A DNA stretch of 64,000 nucleotides from the NCBI GenBank assembly GCA_021792255.1, contig JAJYUZ010000003.1, positions 160,001-224,000 on the forward strand, read 5' to 3'. Positions 58,109 to 64,000 of this stretch are shown here, piece by piece. Under the pieces are notes generated by a model. The model did no database searches. It saw nothing but the letters and a program-made list of their open reading frames with translations, and had not been told where the DNA came from. Positions within the stretch are counted from its first letter, which is position 1, and each line of letters begins with the position of its first letter. A program made the position numbers and the translations under genes. This DNA comes from Thermoplasmata archaeon. Lineage in GTDB: Archaea; Thermoplasmatota; Thermoplasmata; Thermoplasmatales; GCA-001856825.

Positions 58109-58375
58109 TCACCGTAACAGATCTGCGACACTAATCGATTTTTTGTCTTTTAGGATAACAACGGTGTCATCATACTCAGAGTCTATAGCCATATTTCTCC
58201 CCTTTCCCGTGACGATGAGAAAGAAAGATTTCTTTTCCTTCCCACCGAGTACTACTCTGAACTTGTTCGAAATTTTACCCCCAGATTCGTAACCATAAAC
58301 GACAAATTCCCCAGAATCGAGGTAAACTCTTTTTTCTGTGATCCCTTTCTTTGTCACAGTTTCGTATTCTTCCAT
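58109..58375 (-). CDS. Hypothetical protein
   Basis: 88-aa ORF with ATG and upstream TATA-like sequence. Confidence 0.65.
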   Translation of the reverse strand: MEEYETVTKKGITEKRVYLDSGEFVVYGYESGGKISNKFRVVLGGKEKKSFFLIVTGKGRNMAIDSEYDDTVVILKDKKSISVADLLR

Positions 58376-58481
58376 AGAGAGAATAGGAACCTAGAGTTAT
58401 AATAGTGTTCTTGATAAAAATTAAGATTTCTAATTACTTGGGGCAACAAAATTTTTTTATGGAAGTTTCATTGTTACAATT

Positions 58482-58745
58482 ATGAGAATTGTAACTCACG
58501 AAAGATCCGGACCGTACAAAATGAAAGTGAGAGACTTACCCGGAGCAGAAAAGCTTGACCCTAATTCAAAGCTACTAGATCTCCCACTAGAATTTTGTGG
58601 ATGCGGACTTTCCCGCGATAAACCGTTTTGTGACGATAGTCACAGAATAACTAGAGATGAAGAACCCGGCAAAATATATGTCTATAGTGAAAGCAAAGAA
58701 AGAATAATCTCTGGTAAATTTTATAGGTCGGAAGACAAAATCTGA
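58482..58745 (+). CDS. CDGSH-type iron-sulfur protein
   Basis: GPY...CGCGLSRDKPFCDDSH. Confidence 0.88.
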   Translation: MRIVTHERSGPYKMKVRDLPGAEKLDPNSKLLDLPLEFCGCGLSRDKPFCDDSHRITRDEEPGKIYVYSESKERIISGKFYRSEDKI

Positions 58746-58824
58746 ACGATTCTCTTTCGATGTAAGTTAGCCCTTTTTCTTCCATACTAAGTATTTTTTA
58801 TATACTTAAGTCTCATTTAGTATT

Positions 58825-59718
58825 ATGAACAGTAATTTAGGAAACAATAATGGCTTAGTGGCCCCTATCCTCATTCTCAAAGGAAAAGAGGTTCGAGATG
58901 GCGCGGGAGTAAAGTTGTCGAGACTGTTTGGCTCCCCCAGAACTTATGAATTCACGGATCCTTTCCTTCTTTTGGACTATTTTGGTTCGGATCGGCCTGA
59001 AGACTACTTGAATGGATTTCCCTGGCACCCTCATAGAGGAATAGAAACACTGACTTATTTGCTCAAGGGGAAGGTGGAACACGAAGACAGTATGGGAAAC
59101 AAGGGAGTGATCCATCCCGGCGAGATCCAATGGATGACTGCCGGGAGTGGAATATTTCACCAAGAAATGCCCAGTTCCTTTGGGCAAAATAATGATATGC
59201 TTGGATTCCAGCTCTGGATTAATCTTAGGAAGAACGACAAATTTGCAAAACCTACCTATAGGAGCATAGACGTGAATCATCTAAACAAGATACAATCAGA
59301 GAAAAAGGAAATAAAGGTAATATCGGGAAGCATCTTGGGTGCAGACAACCCATCTATGGAAAAGCACAGTCTAGACGTGAGCTATTTTGATGTATCCTCC
59401 AATGGTGGAATTCTTGAAATATCAAAGCAAGAAGGGTTCACATCTATGGTCATCCCGCTAGAAGGTAATTTAACTGCAAACGGTGCATCATTAAACAAGC
59501 TAGAAGTGGCTGTTTTCGGAACTAATGAGGGAATCATCAAGATAGAGGGCAAACAGAGGCATCGCTATATTTACATTTCGGGAAGAAGGACAAATGATAA
59601 GATAAGTTGGTACGGGCCAATAGTGATGAACGAGTGGAACCAAATAGAGGATTCTTTTAGAGAGCTTCAGAATGGCACCTTCATAAAAGATAAGAGTCCG
59701 AACTTTAGCTCATTCTGA
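58825..59718 (+). CDS. Pirin family protein
   Basis: DPFLLLD, GFPWHPHRGIET, WMTAGSGIFHQE, QLWINL, GPIVMN. Confidence 0.95.
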   Translation: MNSNLGNNNGLVAPILILKGKEVRDGAGVKLSRLFGSPRTYEFTDPFLLLDYFGSDRPEDYLNGFPWHPHRGIETLTYLLKGKVEHEDSMGNKGVIHPGEIQWMTAGSGIFHQEMPSSFGQNNDMLGFQLWINLRKNDKFAKPTYRSIDVNHLNKIQSEKKEIKVISGSILGADNPSMEKHSLDVSYFDVSSNGGILEISKQEGFTSMVIPLEGNLTANGASLNKLEVAVFGTNEGIIKIEGKQRHRYIYISGRRTNDKISWYGPIVMNEWNQIEDSFRELQNGTFIKDKSPNFSSF

Positions 59719-59782
59719 ATTGAAAGGCATGTAGTTACCAGTGTAAGATAAGTCATATTTAGTCCATCGTTATCAATTCGCA

Positions 59783-60706
59783 ATGAAACTCCTCGTTCCG
59801 TTCAAACTGGATGAAAAGTACAGGAAATTAGGAATTGAAATTCTCGGAAAAGAAAATATCATTTGGTTTCCTGAGACGGGAGACGCAGAGATCATTCTGA
59901 TAAAGGACAACGATTTTCCAAGGGACAGGAATTTCAAATTCATACAAACAATAAGCGCTGGAACAGATCATATAGACATGAGTGGTGTATCTGAAGGAAC
60001 CATAATAGCTAGCAATGCTACTGCATATTCTATATCGGTTGCCGAGCATGCCTTCGCCTTATTGCTAGAGAGGTCGAAGAGGATTTCTGTGTTTAACGAT
60101 GAGACAAAGAGAGGACTCTATGCTCCAAAACCGACGAAACTTCTCTATGGGAAGACCATCGGAATAATCGGTTATGGGGGGATTGGTAGCAGAGCAGCCT
60201 CCATAGCAAAATCGTTTGGCATGAAAGTAATAGCGGTCGGTAGAAGTTACAGAGACGGAAACTCTGATAAATTCCTCAGGATGGATGAACTCGATGTATT
60301 ACTTCAAGAGTCAGACTTTATTCTAATTTCAATTCCGTTGACCAGTAAGACAGCCAGCCTCATAGGAGAGGTACAATTGAAAGCGGTGAAGAGAGATTGC
60401 ACTATCATCAATGTTGCACGACCAGAGATAGTCAGAAAAGAAGACCTACTAAAGTTCCTGGAAGATAATAAGGAGGCATCGTACCTGACTGATGTTTGGT
60501 GGGGAGAACCCAAGCTAGAAGTTTCTAATCACGAGAATATCGTGATAACTCCTCATGTCGCTGGCGGTTTATCAGGAGAAGTCATGGAGCACGCCTTCGG
60601 ACAAGCATTTGAAAACATCAAGAGATTTATGGAAGGACAGGAACCGCACAACTTGGTTAATAGAAAAGAGAGCATTTTCGTTGGCAGACAAAAAATTGGA
60701 GTTTAG
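59783..60706 (+). CDS. D-isomer-specific 2-hydroxyacid dehydrogenase
   Basis: SAGTDH, SVAEHA, GYGGIG, INVAR, DVWW, TPHVAG. Confidence 0.92.
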   Translation: MKLLVPFKLDEKYRKLGIEILGKENIIWFPETGDAEIILIKDNDFPRDRNFKFIQTISAGTDHIDMSGVSEGTIIASNATAYSISVAEHAFALLLERSKRISVFNDETKRGLYAPKPTKLLYGKTIGIIGYGGIGSRAASIAKSFGMKVIAVGRSYRDGNSDKFLRMDELDVLLQESDFILISIPLTSKTASLIGEVQLKAVKRDCTIINVARPEIVRKEDLLKFLEDNKEASYLTDVWWGEPKLEVSNHENIVITPHVAGGLSGEVMEHAFGQAFENIKRFMEGQEPHNLVNRKESIFVGRQKIGV

Positions 60707-60785
60707 ATATCAATTCGATAATTTTAGGAAAAGATATCGTATCCCGATAAGAGAAAATCCTTTAAGTCCGTCGAACTGAAGAATT

Positions 60786-61430
60786 ATGTCTTCTGGAGAT
60801 ATAACCAAAATCAAGAGGCACCCCGAACGAGCTCATTCTGAAAAAGAGACTCTTCTGGACATCCTTAACAATGGTTTTGCCTGTCAGGTGGCATTTCAAG
60901 TAGATGGACAACCCTTTATAATTCCTATGACCTATTATAACAATTCTGAGTACATCTACATCCACGGAAGCCCTGTTGCGAGAATTTCCGATACACTTAG
61001 AAACAAGACTCCAGTTGCCATATCCGTTCTAGAATTGAATGGGCTCGTGCTTGCAAAGGGACTCGCAGACAATTCAATGAACTACAGGTCGGCTATTGTC
61101 TTTGGGAAACCAGAAGAAGTCGTTGGAGACGAAGAAAAACTCTCCTTCTTCATAGAGTGGATAGAAAGACTCGTTCCAGGGAGGAAGGAAAATACTGAGC
61201 TGCCCAACAAGGATGAGCTGAGAGGTGTTTCTGTATTCAGGGTAAAGTTAGAGCAATTTTCTGTGAAAATAAGAACTGGAGGACCATCGGAAGTTAAACG
61301 AAATCCTGAAATATGGTCGGGTGTGGTGCCCTTCTCAATAAAATTATCGAACCCAGAATTTGCTTCTGGGACTCAAATTCCTGACTACGTGAAGAGATTT
61401 ATAGACATTAGAAACGGAGAAAAGAAGTAG
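60786..61430 (+). CDS. Pyridoxamine-5'-phosphate oxidase-like flavin-binding protein (NimA-like)
   Basis: KRHPERA, PFIIP, IYIHGS, SMNYRSAIVFG, SVKIRTGGP, WSGVVP. Confidence 0.88.
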   Translation: MSSGDITKIKRHPERAHSEKETLLDILNNGFACQVAFQVDGQPFIIPMTYYNNSEYIYIHGSPVARISDTLRNKTPVAISVLELNGLVLAKGLADNSMNYRSAIVFGKPEEVVGDEEKLSFFIEWIERLVPGRKENTELPNKDELRGVSVFRVKLEQFSVKIRTGGPSEVKRNPEIWSGVVPFSIKLSNPEFASGTQIPDYVKRFIDIRNGEKK

Positions 61431-61530
61431 AAAATACAATTTAAAAGGAATTTAGAGAACTCTAATCCGTAGTACGATCAGGAATAGTCTAGGTTTAATT
61501 TACCTAGTTTCATTTGGTTTCTTCGCAAGC

Positions 61531-63405
61531 TCATTTTCGTTCTTTCAGCCACTTGAAAATCTCTTCATAGAACTGTTCTATGTGCTTTCTTTCCTTAAAC
61601 CCGTGTCCTTCCCTCGGATATAATAGGAGTCTCACTTCCTTACCTTTGTCTTTTAGTGCTCTGTAGAATTGATAATATTGGCCAACTGGTACATAAGGGT
61701 CCTCTATGCCGTGTGCGAGCAGTACGGGAGTCTTAACTTTGTCTACGTACCATAGAGGTGAGAATTTTACGAACCGGTTGAATTTGTATGGATCCTCGTT
61801 GTAGTGTATACTGTCCCACTTTGGAAGATTGCTTACTCCGTGGAAGCTAATCCAGTCTGATATGCCAAAGAGCGAAACTGACCCCTTGAAAATGTCAGTC
61901 TGGGTAATGGCCCATGCGGAGATGTATCCGCCGTACGAACCACCAGTAATGAAGACATTCTTCCTATCTACCCCTTTGTTCTTGACTAGATATTCTATTC
62001 CTGAAAGGATGTCCTGCAGATCCATTCCCCCCATATCACCTAGGTTCTTTTCTGCAAACTTCCTCCCTTTTCCAACGCTCCCCCTGTAGTTCGGTAGAAA
62101 TACGGAATAGCCATGCGAGATGAACAGAGTTGGGTTTCCGATGAATGAGTCTGTCGATGAACCTGTCGGACCTCCATGGACTATCACCATGAGTGGGGAA
62201 TTCTTTCCCGCCGGTCTGTAAATGCCCGATATTTCTAATCCATCCTTGGACTTCCAGGTGATTCTTTCGGAATCGTAACTTTTGCAGTTCTCAAGCTGTT
62301 TGTTTATACTTGTTATTACCTTTTCCTTCCTAGTAGATAGATCAATAAGGAATACTTCATCAGGTTGGTTTGCACTTTCGAACGATAGAGCTGCCTTGTC
62401 ATTAGAGATAGAAAATGAGGGAGACCACGGTTTATATACCGATCCATATTTTGACCAATTAGTTCTTTTCTTGTTCCCTGAGAACGTGGAAATTGAGAAC
62501 GTGCCGTCCCTGTTGGAGAGTACGTAGAACTCTTTTTCATTAATCCACTGCATTTCTGAATAACTCTCTTCTTCTCCCTCTGTGAGATTCTTCGACTTGA
62601 GGGTCTTTAGATCTATTTCGACTATATCTCCCGAGTTTACTCCCCTATCGCTCCAAAGTGACTCAAGGAGGACAAGTTTCCTGTTGTTCGGAGATAGTCT
62701 CGGCTTGGCGACCTGTCTATCCTTTATTGAATAAATTTTCTTGACTCTTCCGTCTCTCAGATCAATTAAGGAAACTGCGGATTCGTACCATGACCATTCG
62801 AAAGGAAGGGAAGAGGTGATCGCACCGATCAGACCGTTATTGACGTCAAACTCCCAAACTTGGATTCCTTCAGTGATCCGGCGAAAACCAGATGCTGTAT
62901 CGTACTGCCATAGCGAATCAAATCTTGGGTCCTCTTCGAAGAAGTATCCATCATCTCCCTTGTCTTTCTCTTCTTTCAGTTGATCCTTGTCCTTTATGAG
63001 AAGGACTAGGGAATCGTTATCGACCCAGTGCAGAGCATCCGCGGCGCCTTCCACGACAACTTCTTGCCCTGAATTTTTTTCTAAATCATAAATGAACAAT
63101 CGGTATTCTTCTTCCTTCTTCGATAAGTACGCGAGCTTTCCGCCAGATTTGTTCAACTTCGGAGAATAGTTATTCCACTTTTCGTGTGAGAATAACTTTT
63201 GTTTACCATCTTTTACCGTAATTACAGCAACATCTGATCCAAATTCTTCTTTGAAATTCTTGTAAACTCCTGCGACAGTAAATGCGATTCGTGAACCGTC
63301 CTTACTAAAATCTAAGTCAGATGCATACTTTGAATTCAGATAATTGTTTATGTTGTGGTCGTGAAGCCTTACCATAGTACTCCCTTGTATTTTGAAAACG
63401 CGCAT
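61531..63405 (-). CDS. S9 family peptidase (acylaminoacyl peptidase-like)
   Basis: Beta-propeller N-terminus, VHGGP, NYRGS, GGSYGG nucleophile, HGIEDPYV, EGHG; exact start uncertain. Confidence 0.93.
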   Translation of the reverse strand: MRVFKIQGSTMVRLHDHNINNYLNSKYASDLDFSKDGSRIAFTVAGVYKNFKEEFGSDVAVITVKDGKQKLFSHEKWNNYSPKLNKSGGKLAYLSKKEEEYRLFIYDLEKNSGQEVVVEGAADALHWVDNDSLVLLIKDKDQLKEEKDKGDDGYFFEEDPRFDSLWQYDTASGFRRITEGIQVWEFDVNNGLIGAITSSLPFEWSWYESAVSLIDLRDGRVKKIYSIKDRQVAKPRLSPNNRKLVLLESLWSDRGVNSGDIVEIDLKTLKSKNLTEGEEESYSEMQWINEKEFYVLSNRDGTFSISTFSGNKKRTNWSKYGSVYKPWSPSFSISNDKAALSFESANQPDEVFLIDLSTRKEKVITSINKQLENCKSYDSERITWKSKDGLEISGIYRPAGKNSPLMVIVHGGPTGSSTDSFIGNPTLFISHGYSVFLPNYRGSVGKGRKFAEKNLGDMGGMDLQDILSGIEYLVKNKGVDRKNVFITGGSYGGYISAWAITQTDIFKGSVSLFGISDWISFHGVSNLPKWDSIHYNEDPYKFNRFVKFSPLWYVDKVKTPVLLAHGIEDPYVPVGQYYQFYRALKDKGKEVRLLLYPREGHGFKERKHIEQFYEEIFKWLKERK

Positions 63406-63508
63406 GTCATAATAAAATTTGTCAAAACTTGGTTTTAATTATACTTGATTGTCTTATGACTTATAAAAGAGTTCGACCGTGGAGCTACTCTGTAATTGGA
63501 AATGATTT

Positions 63509-64000
63509 TCAGGTTGAATTGAAATCTCTGGCTACGTCTTCTCTGAATTTTCTGTCCTCAGTAAACTCTTTTGCCGTTTGGCTCAGCACAGTTATTATTG
63601 TAAATAGAGACTCTTTCGCCCTCTTGGTCTTTGCAGCTTCTAGCGACTGTCTAGAGTGCCAAGGCGTGCCTTCCGGTGCAATTTGGAAGCCCACTTCCAA
63701 CGCGGGAACGACCTGCGAGACGTTGGCAAAATCAGTGGACCCCTTGGGCAACTCGGAGAACGTCTCTTCAAGAGTTAGACAGTCTATGCCTTCCTCAATG
63801 AGATTTTTTCTTATTATATTTGAGAGCGTTCTGTTGATCTTTGTAGTCGAAAACAGGGGACCAATTTTCTTGATAGAATAATTCGTTTCGGTCGCAATTG
63901 CACATCCTTTCACGATCTTCTTGAACCTTTCGACGAGTTCATCGTGATAGACTAAGTCTGAGGTCCTTATACCATAGGTTATAACGGATTTTTCTGGGGT
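63509..64000 (-). CDS. M20 amidohydrolase (AbgB/PM20D2-like), 3' part; starts beyond the window's right edge
   Basis: The frame stays open to 64000; GCAIATET, GSTDFANVSQVVP, PWHS. Confidence 0.85.
   Translation of the reverse strand, partial: TPEKSVITYGIRTSDLVYHDELVERFKKIVKGCAIATETNYSIKKIGPLFSTTKINRTLSNIIRKNLIEEGIDCLTLEETFSELPKGSTDFANVSQVVPALEVGFQIAPEGTPWHSRQSLEAAKTKRAKESLFTIITVLSQTAKEFTEDRKFREDVARDFNST

Noticed and set aside
1-64000. CRISPR array, cas genes, rRNA or provirus
   Set aside because: No regularly spaced repeats, rRNA-like sequence or viral hallmark genes were seen.

Overview
Archaeal chromosomal window, most likely Thermoplasmatales-like. This rests on a thermosome subunit, Rps6e, aIF2-gamma, Rpl15e, CCA-less tRNAs, TATA boxes, frequent TTG/GTG starts and the gene repertoire. 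It holds three tRNAs (Thr-CGT, Thr-GGT, Leu-CAA), reverse-transsulfuration genes, a lipA-E1a-E1b-E2-E3-lipB 2-oxoacid dehydrogenase operon followed by a GNAT/ADP-forming acyl-CoA synthetase fusion, a fixCXAB (EtfABCX) operon, split MetE and gcvPA/PB. Five features stand out. (1) A ~9 kb catabolic island (26.4-35.4 kb) carries three DUF917 paralogs, an intact hydantoinase-A/oxoprolinase-like ATPase, an NCS1 permease and a separate operon joining a catalytically eroded hydantoinase-A paralog, an Lrp/AsnC regulator and a DUF917. The island is bracketed by two decayed peroxiredoxin (bcp) copies. (2) Two of the DUF917 genes share a perfect 44-bp palindrome-rich tract. (3) A complete IS607 element (TnpA serine recombinase plus TnpB) is inserted at a GG core inside an aquaporin gene; its ends, omega-RNA hairpins, guide and a TGGG-like TAM can be read directly. 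(4) Both tRNA-Thr genes encode C instead of the near-universal U at T-loop position 55. (5) A membrane-anchored surface protein has a strict 28-aa, sequon-bearing repeat stalk. All calls come from motif recognition by eye; no database searches were run.
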